Of a stretch of 64,000 bases of DNA, positions 36,396 to 45,965 are shown piece by piece. Made by a program: the position numbers and the translations under genes. The notes below the pieces were generated by a model. It worked only from the letters and a program-made list of their open reading frames with translations, did no database searches and was not told the origin of the DNA. Position 1 is the stretch's first letter, and each line of letters starts with the position of its first letter. The DNA comes from Candidatus Curtissbacteria bacterium (GTDB lineage Bacteria > Patescibacteriota > Microgenomatia > Curtissbacterales > GWA2-41-24): contig JANLHP010000022.1 in NCBI GenBank assembly GCA_024654445.1, positions 15,332 through 79,331 on the forward strand. The letters run 5' to 3'.

Positions 36396-37699
36396 AGCAG
36401 CATCGAAACAGCTCTGTACAGATTTCTCGTCACAACTGTATCTTCCGGCACAGCGTATCGCCCGTCAGATAATCCGTAACCGGTTTCCACTGCAATGAAC
36501 TTCAAGCCTGCTCTCTTTGCGCACTCTGCATCCACAGTCGAATCTCCGATAAAATAGCTCGAATTAAGATCAATATTAAAATCTCTTACAGCCTGTCTTA
36601 TCATCCCAATTTTAGGCTTTCTGCAACTGCAGTTTATTTTCAGTTCTGCCAACTCCCGATAAAAACCTTTTTCCGGATGATGCGGGCAGTAATAAATGGC
36701 ATCCACTTTTATCCCTTCTCGTCCAAGTTCCGTCTCCATTTTTTTATGGATTCTATCTAGCTCTTCCACTCTGATAAAACCTTTTGCGATAGCTGGCTGA
36801 TTAGTGATTACTATCGCTAAAAAATCCGATTTATTAATCTTTTTAATAGCCTGAGCCGTAAATGGGTATAATTTAAAACTGGAAAACCTCACATTATGAG
36901 TCCCATCATGCTCATTTATTGTTCCGTCTCTGTCTAAAAAAATTGCTTTTCTTTTGTTTTTCAAATTTAATCTAGTGATCTTTCCAGAAGAATAGTCCGC
37001 TCTTACCCTTTTAAGCCTTGCGATAGTACCCACATCTTTAAGGTACTCAGGAGTGTTGTAGGCGAAGATCTTACCGCCACTCTTTAATACTGCCTCAAAT
37101 ATATCTTTTTCAAGATCAGATTTCTCCTTCTTCTTAATATATTTAAAGATCTCTGGCGAAAAGATGAAAATACCGGCATTAGTTAAGTTTTTAAACAACA
37201 GGCTTTTCGGATGAACTTTGTCCTTTCTTACCAGAAAAGAAATTACTTGATTGTTGGTGTCAGTCTCGACTAAATCAGAATCAAATGGGTGATCGTTCGG
37301 ATGGACGACAATTGTCGCGACAGAACCTTTATGGGCTTTATGGAATTTAGTCAGGCGATAAAGATCGATATCAAGCATTACATCGCCGGAAAATAAAACA
37401 AAATCATCTTTAACAAGCAATTCGAGTTGTTTCATAGCCCCAGCCGTACCCAGTGGTACCGCTTCTGTTAAATGGTGAATCCTTAACCCCCACCTTTCAC
37501 CGTCTTCGAAGTAATCTTCAATTTGGTCTCCTAAATGGCCTGAAAGAATCCAGAGGTTTTTTACCCCAGATCTTTTTAATAGAAAAATTTGATGCTCAAG
37601 AAGAGGTTTGTTACCAATTTTAATAAGAGGTTTAGGTGTATTGGATGTTAGCCTCCCTAACCTTTCACCCTTACCCCCTGCAAGTATTACAGCATCCAT
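36392..37699 (-). CDS. Bifunctional D-glycero-alpha-D-manno-heptose-1-phosphate nucleotidyltransferase (HddC-like) fused to HAD D,D-heptose-1,7-bisphosphate phosphatase (GmhB-like).
   Basis: N-terminus AVILAGGKGERLG...KPLI (NTP_transferase). C-terminus AIFLDRDGTIN and the CSCRKP zinc motif of GmhB. Confidence 0.8.
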   Translation of the reverse strand: MDAVILAGGKGERLGRLTSNTPKPLIKIGNKPLLEHQIFLLKRSGVKNLWILSGHLGDQIEDYFEDGERWGLRIHHLTEAVPLGTAGAMKQLELLVKDDFVLFSGDVMLDIDLYRLTKFHKAHKGSVATIVVHPNDHPFDSDLVETDTNNQVISFLVRKDKVHPKSLLFKNLTNAGIFIFSPEIFKYIKKKEKSDLEKDIFEAVLKSGGKIFAYNTPEYLKDVGTIARLKRVRADYSSGKITRLNLKNKRKAIFLDRDGTINEHDGTHNVRFSSFKLYPFTAQAIKKINKSDFLAIVITNQPAIAKGFIRVEELDRIHKKMETELGREGIKVDAIYYCPHHPEKGFYRELAELKINCSCRKPKIGMIRQAVRDFNIDLNSSYFIGDSTVDAECAKRAGLKFIAVETGYGLSDGRYAVPEDTVVTRNLYRAVSMLL

Positions 37700-37701
37700 G
37701 T

Positions 37702-38700
37702 TTAAAAATCATTCGGCATCTTGTAGATTATTTGACTACCATTGCTCTCGAATTTAAATGGCACAAATAGTAGCCTCTTAAGTTTTGCCCTTACCTTTTC
37801 CTGCTCTTCAGGCTTTACAAAAAGAAGCATAAAGCCACCCCCCCCCGCTCCTAACAGTTTGCCTCCCAAAGCTCCGGCTTCTTTTGCACTCAGATAAAGG
37901 TCGTCGATAACTTTATTAGAAATTTTAGTCGTTAGGCTCCTCTTAATTGCCCACGATTCATCAAGAAGCCGACCAAAGTCCTCAATTGGCGCTTTTGTGC
38001 TAACCAATATTTTTTGAGCATCATCAACAAGTCGAAGCATTTTTTTAAGCTCTCTTTTTTTCTTCGATGTTGCCTTAATCTGGCTTTTGGCTACATCGGA
38101 AGCATTCCTGGAAAACCCGGTAAAAAAAAGCATCAAGTGGTCAAGAAGTAAATTTTGTCTACCCTGGTTCATCATAATTGGAGTCACCTTTATTGTGGGA
38201 CCAGCAGAAAATTCAATTCTGTTCAAACCTCCAAAAGCTGCGATTGTTTGATCTTGAGAACCGACGTTTTCTTTTATCAATTTTTGCTCAACATATATAG
38301 CATCCTGCGCAAGTTGAAGTTTATCCACCATTTTTCCTTCGAGGCCATAGAGAGAATTCAAAAAACCAACCGTAAAAGAAGAGCTTGACCCCAATCCGGA
38401 CATTGCTGGAAGGTCCGCATTGTGTTGCATTTCCAGCCCCGACTCATGGCCTACAAACTTTAGGCACTCGCGAACCGAAGGATGATTTATTTGACTAATA
38501 TTCCTTTTATGCTCCTGTTTTGTATACCTAATTCTATAGTTGTATTTGAAAAAAGGCGGCAAGTGACGGCATGTAACGTAACAATATTTATTAATCGAAG
38601 CGGCAATAACAGCACCGCCGCCATTTTTTTCATACCACGCCGGATAATCAGTACCACCGCCGAAAAATGAAATCCTAAAAGGAGTTCTTGAAATTACCAT
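37702..38700 (-). CDS. hddA: GHMP sugar kinase (D-glycero-alpha-D-manno-heptose-7-phosphate kinase HddA-like).
   Basis: ISRTPFRISFFGGGTDYP N-terminus and the GHMP motif PAMSGLGSSSS. Confidence 0.8.
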   Translation of the reverse strand: MVISRTPFRISFFGGGTDYPAWYEKNGGGAVIAASINKYCYVTCRHLPPFFKYNYRIRYTKQEHKRNISQINHPSVRECLKFVGHESGLEMQHNADLPAMSGLGSSSSFTVGFLNSLYGLEGKMVDKLQLAQDAIYVEQKLIKENVGSQDQTIAAFGGLNRIEFSAGPTIKVTPIMMNQGRQNLLLDHLMLFFTGFSRNASDVAKSQIKATSKKKRELKKMLRLVDDAQKILVSTKAPIEDFGRLLDESWAIKRSLTTKISNKVIDDLYLSAKEAGALGGKLLGAGGGGFMLLFVKPEEQEKVRAKLKRLLFVPFKFESNGSQIIYKMPNDF

Positions 38701-39661
38701 TTTGCTTGTACCATTCTACAGTCTTCTGCAACCCTTCCCTCAAAGTAGTATTTGATTTAAAGCCTACCAGCCTCCTCGCAAGGGAAACATCAATCAGTCT
38801 CTTTTTTATCATCGTCGGTTTAGTTTTATCAAAAACAATCTTGGCGTCATCAAAATTTTCAACTTCTATTAGAATTTTCAAAACATCCCTAACGCTCACC
38901 GGAATACCCGTGCCGATATTGAGCGGCTTAAACTTTTTAAGTTTCGTGACTACGAGCATTACTCCTTCGATAAAATCGTCAACATACATTAAGTCCTTCA
39001 CATCTCGTCCGTCACCCCAAACTTCGATCGGATTATGCCTCTCGATAACCTTTCTCACAAGAGCCGGGACTACATGCGACGTTTCCCAAGCAAAGTCGTC
39101 ATAAGGACCATAAAGATTTGCGGGTCTGACAACAACAACATTCATCGGATCCTTTATTTTAGTTGCGTAAATCTCGCAAAGAATCTCACTATATCTCTTC
39201 ATCCAGGCAACCGGAAAATATTTGAAAAAAGGCTCTCCGTTCATCATTTCACTTTCGCGAACTGGGTGATTAGTTACAGGGTAAACGGTATTACTGCTTA
39301 TAAAAAGAAACTTCTTGGCTTTTGCTTCATAAGCGGCTTCGAGCATTAGGGAGTTCATTATGATATTCCCGGTAACATGAACAAGTGGGGTCTTTTCGAT
39401 AACCGCGGCACCCGACGTGTTTGCAGCACACATAAAAACATAATCAGCCCCACGAACTATCTTTCTGCAAAAATCCCCTTTTGTTAAATCGCCTCTTACA
39501 TAATCGATTTTAGAATTAATTATTTGTGGAGATTTTTTATGAACCGTAGCTTTAATCGTTGCTCCTTCACTCAATAACCTATTGATCAAATTTGATCCTA
39601 CAAAGCCAGCTCCGCCAGCAATGACAACTCTTTTATTTTTAAACAATCCTGCCCTCCTCAT
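38675..39661 (-). CDS. NAD(P)-dependent epimerase/reductase of the GDP-L-fucose-synthase type (candidate GDP-4-keto-heptose reductase). The start is trimmed to MRRAGLF.
   Basis: VVIAGGAGFVGSNL Rossmann motif and YPVTNHP...YxxxK-like site. It is paralogous to 41223..42242. Confidence 0.65.
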   Translation of the reverse strand: MRRAGLFKNKRVVIAGGAGFVGSNLINRLLSEGATIKATVHKKSPQIINSKIDYVRGDLTKGDFCRKIVRGADYVFMCAANTSGAAVIEKTPLVHVTGNIIMNSLMLEAAYEAKAKKFLFISSNTVYPVTNHPVRESEMMNGEPFFKYFPVAWMKRYSEILCEIYATKIKDPMNVVVVRPANLYGPYDDFAWETSHVVPALVRKVIERHNPIEVWGDGRDVKDLMYVDDFIEGVMLVVTKLKKFKPLNIGTGIPVSVRDVLKILIEVENFDDAKIVFDKTKPTMIKKRLIDVSLARRLVGFKSNTTLREGLQKTVEWYKQNGNFKNSF

Positions 39662-40205
39662 CTCTCCTGGAAATAATGGGGTTTTTGACAGGCCACCAAA
39701 TATTATATTTAGGATCATTCCATTTTATTGTGAACTGATTTTTTGGGTCGTAGTAAGAAGATTGTTTATAGTGATAAATGTCGTAAGTTGAAAGAACTAG
39801 ATGGCCATTGCCATATAGAGGGGGAATTAAAATTTGAACCCTATTTTTATCGGAAAGTGTAAAGCCTTCCCATTTGCCGAAGTCTTTTGAGTTTTTGTTA
39901 CAGTTAACAACTACAATGTAGAATTTTCCATAAAGACACGAGATCAACTTCCAAGTACGACGATCGCCATGAATCCCTTTCAATACCCCTCGAGATCCAG
40001 TCGAAATATCATCCTCCACAAACTTCAACTTTGAAGCATCTTTTTCGTAGATAGTTCCTTTTAAGTTTTTTTTAATTTCACGAATATACAAATTCTCGTT
40101 GAACAACTCTACATACTCTCCACGAAAATCTTCAAAGGGGTCAAGGTTAAAGAGCAAAAGTCCCTCAAGTTTCGTTTTTAAAATCTTCATTTTCGTAAAA
40201 TTCAA
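39639..40205 (-). CDS. RmlC-like cupin sugar-nucleotide 3,5-epimerase (GDP-heptose epimerase candidate).
   Basis: dTDP-4-dehydrorhamnose 3,5-epimerase fold motifs (FEDFRGEY, GVLKGIHGD). Length is 188 aa. Confidence 0.75.
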   Translation of the reverse strand: MNFTKMKILKTKLEGLLLFNLDPFEDFRGEYVELFNENLYIREIKKNLKGTIYEKDASKLKFVEDDISTGSRGVLKGIHGDRRTWKLISCLYGKFYIVVVNCNKNSKDFGKWEGFTLSDKNRVQILIPPLYGNGHLVLSTYDIYHYKQSSYYDPKNQFTIKWNDPKYNIWWPVKNPIISRRDEEGRIV

Positions 40206-40212
40206 TTTCGAA

Positions 40213-41223
40213 TTATATCAGCTCTCGCTTCGCTCGCCTGATGTAATCTCTCGCTTCGCTCGGAATTATACTACTTAAAATATCCTTAATGGTCCTGTTA
40301 GTCTCGGACTTCTTTTTTTGATTATCTGCTACTTTTACTAAGAATTCTCCCGTGTCTTTATCACCAACAAGCTTTAAACGTCTGGCGGTTTGAAGAACTT
40401 CAATTGAACAGTCAATCAAACCAAAAATCTCCATGAACGACGCAAGCTTTAAAAGTCTTACCTCGTTCCAGAATTTGCTTCTCGAGTTTTTGGCTTTTAG
40501 AATTTCACCAACAGCGTCTCTGAAATAGAGAACATGAGCCGAGATTACTTGCCCACTATCTTGAATGCCTGGTGATTTAAATATTGATTTTCTGCCCAAT
40601 CTAATCGGTGAAAGATCAAAAAGCTCAAATCCTAGGTTCCTCAGAAATACATCAAGATCGCTAAATAAAGGTTGCGACTCGAGGGTTCTTGAAAAAGCAA
40701 TTTCTGCAGAAACACCCAGCACATTTTTTGAAAGCGTTTCTACTGCACCTTTTAAAGCAAAAAGCTCTCCACCCTCTATGTCCAATTTAATAAAATCTAC
40801 ATAGGGAACCTCGTTATCTTTTGCAAATGTGTCAAGAGTTGTAGTTTGCACTTCGATGACCTTTTTAACCCTGAGATTCACTTCGTCCGGGAATCTTTGC
40901 AAAAAAAATGACCTGGCTTTTAGAAATGAGGAGGATGGTAAATTTTTTGTAACGTAAAATTTCTTCTTTTGTGCAGTCTCCCATAAAGCGTAAGGGAAGT
41001 AAGTAGTTTTATTGTCGGAGTATTTATTTAAACGTAAGCATTCCGCCCTGTCAGGGTCAAAGCCGATTATCTCTATATAAGGCTTATAAGCCTCCCAAAA
41101 ATATTCACGTCCGCCCCTTGCCCCAACGTCTACCAAGCGAACCGGTTCATCTTTCAGGATCTTTTTCCTCAGTAAGTATTGAACCAAAAGGGGATTTGAA
41201 TTAATTTTTTCGAATGAACTCAT
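40213..41223 (-). CDS. FkbM-family SAM-dependent methyltransferase (sugar O-methyltransferase candidate).
   Basis: VDVGARGG...IGFDPD and LDIEGGE motifs of the FkbM domain. Confidence 0.7.
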   Translation of the reverse strand: MSSFEKINSNPLLVQYLLRKKILKDEPVRLVDVGARGGREYFWEAYKPYIEIIGFDPDRAECLRLNKYSDNKTTYFPYALWETAQKKKFYVTKNLPSSSFLKARSFFLQRFPDEVNLRVKKVIEVQTTTLDTFAKDNEVPYVDFIKLDIEGGELFALKGAVETLSKNVLGVSAEIAFSRTLESQPLFSDLDVFLRNLGFELFDLSPIRLGRKSIFKSPGIQDSGQVISAHVLYFRDAVGEILKAKNSRSKFWNEVRLLKLASFMEIFGLIDCSIEVLQTARRLKLVGDKDTGEFLVKVADNQKKKSETNRTIKDILSSIIPSEARDYIRRAKRELI

Positions 41224-42242
41224 TAATTAGATTTAAAGTAATTTTTTCTCTTCAAAAACTCTTCCGTGTTTTTCAAATACCAGTTCCATGTTTCCTTAAG
41301 CCCCTCATTAAGTGTCGTAGTGGGATTGTAGTGAATTATTTCTCTTGCAAGGGAAATGTCCATAACTCGTTTTGGAAAACCTGCCGGTTTAGAAGAATCA
41401 AATCGAAAGTTAAAATCAACAACGGTTCGCATGGTCGCAACTAGTTTTTTAATTGTTACTCCTTTACCACTGCCCAAATTTACAAAGCCTCCTTTTGTAC
41501 CAAAGTGAAGCGCTAAAATTACACCTTCGGCGACGTCTCGACTATAAGCAAAATCGCGTATAGCACTTCCGTCACCCCAAACAACAACAGGATCTTCTCC
41601 ATTGTGAATCCTGCTCATGAGGGAAGGGATAACCATTGCGTTCTCCGGGTCAAAGTTATCTCCCGGTCCGTAAACATTGCAAGGCCTGACAACGGCAAAG
41701 CTATCTAGGCCATACTGAGTTTTATAAGCTTTTATTTGTAATTCAGCCATTCGTTTTGCCCATCCCGGATACATGTCCATAGGGGGACCCTCGAATTCTT
41801 CACTTTCATTTTTTTCTTTAAAAACCGACGCGCTTGAATACGCCCCAATAGAACTTGTATACACAACCTTCTTAACACCATTAACTCTACAGGCTTCAAG
41901 AATATTAGTATTCATCATAAGAAGCGGTACGAAAAAACTTGCTGGCTTCGACTTTGTTACTTCGATTGATCCCTTAATCCCGGCAAGGTGAAAGGCAAAA
42001 TCTACTCTCTTTGCTATTTTTTTACAAAATTCAAAACTACTTAAATCTCCGTAAATATGGCGAGCATGTTTATTCACATTAATTTTATCGAGAGAAACAA
42101 TATTCACTTGAGCGCCTGCTCCAACTAAAATATCGACAACTTGTCTGCCTATTAGTCCCGTACCCCCGGTAACCAAGACCCTCCTGTTCCTAAAATTATT
42201 TAATACTTTTTTTTCTAACATGTTGCCCTTCTGTCCTCTCAA
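41223..42242 (-). CDS. NAD(P)-dependent epimerase/reductase of the GDP-L-fucose-synthase type, paralog of 38675..39661.
   Basis: VLVTGGTGLIGRQV and YTSSIGAY motifs, and a C-terminal substrate-binding domain. Confidence 0.65.
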   Translation of the reverse strand: MRGQKGNMLEKKVLNNFRNRRVLVTGGTGLIGRQVVDILVGAGAQVNIVSLDKINVNKHARHIYGDLSSFEFCKKIAKRVDFAFHLAGIKGSIEVTKSKPASFFVPLLMMNTNILEACRVNGVKKVVYTSSIGAYSSASVFKEKNESEEFEGPPMDMYPGWAKRMAELQIKAYKTQYGLDSFAVVRPCNVYGPGDNFDPENAMVIPSLMSRIHNGEDPVVVWGDGSAIRDFAYSRDVAEGVILALHFGTKGGFVNLGSGKGVTIKKLVATMRTVVDFNFRFDSSKPAGFPKRVMDISLAREIIHYNPTTTLNEGLKETWNWYLKNTEEFLKRKNYFKSN

Positions 42243-42263
42243 AAATGCGTGGGAAAATTACCT

Positions 42264-43037
42264 TTATTCAAATACAAAATACGAAGTTCTCGATGTAATG
42301 GGAAGCCTTCTTAATTTAATGTTGTTAAGGCCCAGTACTTCTTTTAGTGCGAGCGTTTCTCCCGGGGAATCATGATCATTAAGTTCGTCAAACGCCACTA
42401 CGCTTCCTTTTACAAGGTGGGGTAAAATTGCCTGCAGACAGTTTTTTGTTGGTTCATATATGTCGAAATCAAAATAGGCGAGCGCGACTATCGTCTCCGG
42501 ACGCTCTTTGAGATATTTAACTGTTTCGACCGAAGCATCTCCTTTTCGTAGCTCATATTTTTTAATATGTGAAAGAGGATTAGAGCCTTCTTGAAATTTC
42601 ATTACCCTGTCAAGATAGTCTTCATAGTTTTTAGTAACAGAAATATTGCCGGCAGTCATCAAGTCCGACCGTCCATCTTTCCTCGATATTCTTGGAAATC
42701 CGCTAAACGTATCAAAACCAACAATCAATTTGTGTCTATTAAAGGGTTCGTAAATTCCTCGCAGTGCTGAAAATATCGCCATATTGTGTCCCCACCTAGT
42801 GCCAAAATCCATAACCACTCCCTGCAGGTCAATTATCTGACGGTACAAAAAATCCATAAAAAGAATTCTGGACAAATCTTTAGAATTTAAAAATAATCCT
42901 AGATTTGAAAAAATTTGATCGTCCGGAATAGGGGAGCTCTTAAAGAGGTCGACAGCCCCCTCGTAGTTAACCGCCTCCTCGCCGCTTAAGTATCTTTTAA
43001 TTCCGACTTTCCCACTCATTCTGTAAATTTTTCGCAT
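42264..43037 (-). CDS. TylF/MycF-family SAM-dependent O-methyltransferase.
   Basis: GVVMDFGTRWGHN and FDTFSGFP motifs characteristic of the macrocin-O-methyltransferase family. Confidence 0.7.
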   Translation of the reverse strand: MRKIYRMSGKVGIKRYLSGEEAVNYEGAVDLFKSSPIPDDQIFSNLGLFLNSKDLSRILFMDFLYRQIIDLQGVVMDFGTRWGHNMAIFSALRGIYEPFNRHKLIVGFDTFSGFPRISRKDGRSDLMTAGNISVTKNYEDYLDRVMKFQEGSNPLSHIKKYELRKGDASVETVKYLKERPETIVALAYFDFDIYEPTKNCLQAILPHLVKGSVVAFDELNDHDSPGETLALKEVLGLNNIKLRRLPITSRTSYFVFE

Positions 43038-43062
43038 TATATCAAAGAGAGTAAAAAGAGAG

Positions 43063-44172
43063 TTAAATATATTCCCTTACATGCGCCGGTATTGGCCTTT
43101 TTCCCTCATACGCAATTACCCAGGCCCAATAACGTATCCTTCCACTAATCAAATCAAAATCATATTTATTCGAACCTTTGGCACGTACCAGCCTTACTGG
43201 TTTCAACAAACCTCCTTCTTTGATGACATCAGCAAGTTCCTTTGGGCTCGGATTAAAGTTGAGTTTATTCTCGAGGGCTTCATCAATAGTTTGGTAAACC
43301 CGACTATCCCGTTCACCATGCGCAGACACCCTTATCTTTTCAACCGGAACGCTCAGAAGCTTAGCAAAAAATGCTTTATCTATTTTGTCGTATTCACTTT
43401 TAGTCATTACAAACGAAGCAGCAAGAGAATTTTCGATAAGGTGACTTTCATTAAGCGTCATTGGTACTCCTGTGACGTAGCGATTTTTTGTTAACCAATT
43501 AAGAATTATTTGGGACCCGGATTTTCCGTATTTAATCGCCAACCCTTCAATTAATTCTTTCTGAAGAGGGCTCATAGAGCCAATTCGTCCCTGGTCCAAA
43601 GGACTAAAAGCAACAAGCTGCAAATTATTTTGTTGGCAATAATCGAAGACCCCGTTATATTCGACGGATCTCTCGAAAATATTATATTCCGATTGGATCG
43701 AAGCGAGCTTGATTTTTCCGAGTAACTTGCTTGCTCTTTGAAGCTCAGTTTGCGAGAAGTTACCAACACCAATATATCTTACCTTCCCGTCACCAACTAA
43801 ATCGGAAAGCGCCCTAAAGGTCTCCTCAAAAGATACAGAATAGTTCGGCCAGTGAACCTGATATAAGTCAATATAGTCTGTACTAAGCCTCTCAAGGCTC
43901 GCGTTGCAAGCCGCAATTACAGAGCCATAAGAACTGTGTTCTGGAGAAAATTTAGTACCAACAATTACGTGAGCTCTATTTTTTTTAATTGCGGCTCCAA
44001 CAAGCTTTTCGGCAAGTCCGTCTCCATAGCTCTCTGCCGTATCGATAAAAGTCATTCCAAGTGAAACCCCTTTCTGGAGTAAATAGATAAATTTCTTTTG
44101 GGAAACTTTACTAAAATCAAAACCCGTTCCTTGTCCAATTGGGGGAAGTTTTAAAAAACTACTCTTTTGCAT
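43063..44172 (-). CDS. Aldo/keto reductase fused to a C-terminal ParB/sulfiredoxin-like (ParBc) domain. The start is trimmed to MQKSSFLKL.
   Basis: An AKR barrel (FIDTAESYGDG...) followed by GLLKPVRLVRAKGSNKYDFDLISGRIRYWAWVIAYEGKRPIPAHV, which matches the ParB N-domain GxRR box. Confidence 0.65.
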   Translation of the reverse strand: MQKSSFLKLPPIGQGTGFDFSKVSQKKFIYLLQKGVSLGMTFIDTAESYGDGLAEKLVGAAIKKNRAHVIVGTKFSPEHSSYGSVIAACNASLERLSTDYIDLYQVHWPNYSVSFEETFRALSDLVGDGKVRYIGVGNFSQTELQRASKLLGKIKLASIQSEYNIFERSVEYNGVFDYCQQNNLQLVAFSPLDQGRIGSMSPLQKELIEGLAIKYGKSGSQIILNWLTKNRYVTGVPMTLNESHLIENSLAASFVMTKSEYDKIDKAFFAKLLSVPVEKIRVSAHGERDSRVYQTIDEALENKLNFNPSPKELADVIKEGGLLKPVRLVRAKGSNKYDFDLISGRIRYWAWVIAYEGKRPIPAHVREYI

Positions 44173-45094
44173 ATCTAGAAATTTCCTTGGTGAGGCTTCG
44201 GTTGTCAAGACCGTTTTGTAAAAGCAGCCATTCTCGGCTACCGAAAACGGAAAATTGTTTGTCTGCAACTGCTAGTTTGTTCAAAGTTATTTTATTTTTT
44301 GCTTGTGAAATTATGTCAGCAACTATAGTTCCTAAACCGCCGATTTCCGAGTTCTCTTCAATAGTTATTAATTTTGAGGATTTTTTTAAAATGTCAGCAA
44401 GCTCCATACTTACTGGTTTAAGTCTGAAAACATCGATAAGGCCAACATCTATGCCGCGAGTTACCAATTCCTCGCAGACTTCAAAAGCCCTCGACGTCAT
44501 ATAACCTGTGCTTATAACATTTACACTCCTGAGCCCTCTTAAAATACTAAAACCATTTTTGAAATCTCTACTGTTTTTATAAAAATTCGGAAAGCATCCT
44601 TTGTCGAGTCTTATATACGAAGGCCCATTCATTTTATATGAACTTTGAACACTAAATGCCGCCGTTTTATTATCACAAGGATTATAAATAGTAATTTCCG
44701 GAAGTATCCTCATCGCTCCAATATCCATAACTCCGTGGTGCGTTGGTCCGTCAAAGCTGAATGAAAAACCTGCGCCGACGCCAATAATGGTAACGGGCAA
44801 ATTCATACTACAGACGCTGAACTTTATCTGCTCGAAGCACCTCAGCGTAACGTATGAGCAAATACCGTAGCAAAAAACCTTTTTCCCGGAAGCAGCAAGC
44901 CCCGCCGAAACGTCAATCATATTTTGTTCAGCAACACCGATATTAATAAATTGCTCGGGGAAGTCTTTTTTGAATTTTCTTAAAACGAATGCGTCCAAAT
45001 CATCCGATATAAACAGAACGTTCTTGTCTCTTTTACCCAGATTGTATATTTCTTCAAAAAAAGCGTCACGGATGTCAACTTTAGAAACCTTCAC
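44159..45094 (-). CDS. Transketolase C-terminal subunit (Pyr plus C-terminal domains).
   Basis: Split-transketolase C-terminal section motifs (NIGVAEQNM, EDGPTHHG-like FDGPTHHG). Confidence 0.85.
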   Translation of the reverse strand: MKVSKVDIRDAFFEEIYNLGKRDKNVLFISDDLDAFVLRKFKKDFPEQFINIGVAEQNMIDVSAGLAASGKKVFCYGICSYVTLRCFEQIKFSVCSMNLPVTIIGVGAGFSFSFDGPTHHGVMDIGAMRILPEITIYNPCDNKTAAFSVQSSYKMNGPSYIRLDKGCFPNFYKNSRDFKNGFSILRGLRSVNVISTGYMTSRAFEVCEELVTRGIDVGLIDVFRLKPVSMELADILKKSSKLITIEENSEIGGLGTIVADIISQAKNKITLNKLAVADKQFSVFGSREWLLLQNGLDNRSLTKEISRYAKE

Positions 45095-45095
45095 A

Positions 45096-45965
45096 TCATC
45101 CCTCTATAATTTCTTTTCTCGCCGCCCTTAGCTCTTCTTCGGAAAGCGCCGCGTTATGCCACCTTAAATTATTTTCCATAAACGAAACACCCTTACCCTT
45201 TATTGTGTTAGCGATAACAACTACCGGCTTTTTAGAAAGTTCAATCTTGCCAAATGTGCCCAGAATCTCACCAAAATCGTGACCGTTAATTTCAAAAATA
45301 TTCCACCCAAAGCTCATCATTTTCTCCTTAAAGTTTTTATACAGTCCTTCGTCATCGATGACATCAGTTACCATTAATCTGTTTCTGTCTATAATTACGA
45401 CTAAATTATTGAGTTTGTAATCACTTGCGAAAATAACCGATTCCCAAATAGAACCCTCGAAAGGCTCAGAATCGCCGATAATAGTATATGCTCTGTAATT
45501 TTCCCCGTTTTTTTTAGCAGCGAGAGCAATGCCGGCAGCAACCCCAACCGAATGACCAATTGAACCCGTGTTAAAATCCACCCCGTTTATCCATGTTTCC
45601 AGCTGACCTCCAAGTCCACCATTTTCGCCGTAAGAGCTATACATCTCTTTTGAAATTATTCCTAAATCTAAAAAGATTGCGTAAAGAGCGGTACAGGCAT
45701 GTCCCTTACTTAAGATAAACCGATCCCTATTTTCCCAGTTCAAATTATTCGTTTTATAACGTAAAATTTTTCCGTAATACAAAGCCACCAGTAATTCGAC
45801 GCAAGAATAAGTTCCTCCAAGATGAGCCTTACCGCTTTTCGCGGCCGCGTTTAAAACCTCGAGTCGTACCCACCTTGATTTATCTTTAAGATCGGCTTTT
45901 AGGCCCGCAGTCGAAGACGAGGACCGCAAGCCCCGCTTCTTCGCAGAAAGGCTTTGCTTCTTCAT
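45096..45965 (-). CDS. Transketolase N-terminal subunit (TPP-binding).
   Basis: GHxG...GDSE...ESV TPP-binding motif (TIIGDSEPFEGSIWES). Confidence 0.85.
   Translation of the reverse strand: MKKQSLSAKKRGLRSSSSTAGLKADLKDKSRWVRLEVLNAAAKSGKAHLGGTYSCVELLVALYYGKILRYKTNNLNWENRDRFILSKGHACTALYAIFLDLGIISKEMYSSYGENGGLGGQLETWINGVDFNTGSIGHSVGVAAGIALAAKKNGENYRAYTIIGDSEPFEGSIWESVIFASDYKLNNLVVIIDRNRLMVTDVIDDEGLYKNFKEKMMSFGWNIFEINGHDFGEILGTFGKIELSKKPVVVIANTIKGKGVSFMENNLRWHNAALSEEELRAARKEIIEG

Noticed and set aside
40230-40275. Direct repeat ctctcgcttcgctcg x2.
   Set aside because: It lies inside the C-terminal coding region of the FkbM methyltransferase (encoding SEAR/RAKRE), so it is a coding coincidence rather than an intergenic repeat or a CRISPR-like element.
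43063-44172. ParB-like domain as evidence of a plasmid partition system or mobile element.
   Set aside because: There is no ParA, no parS-like repeats, and the domain is fused to an aldo-keto reductase inside a sugar operon. It is interpreted as a recruited nucleotide-binding domain instead.
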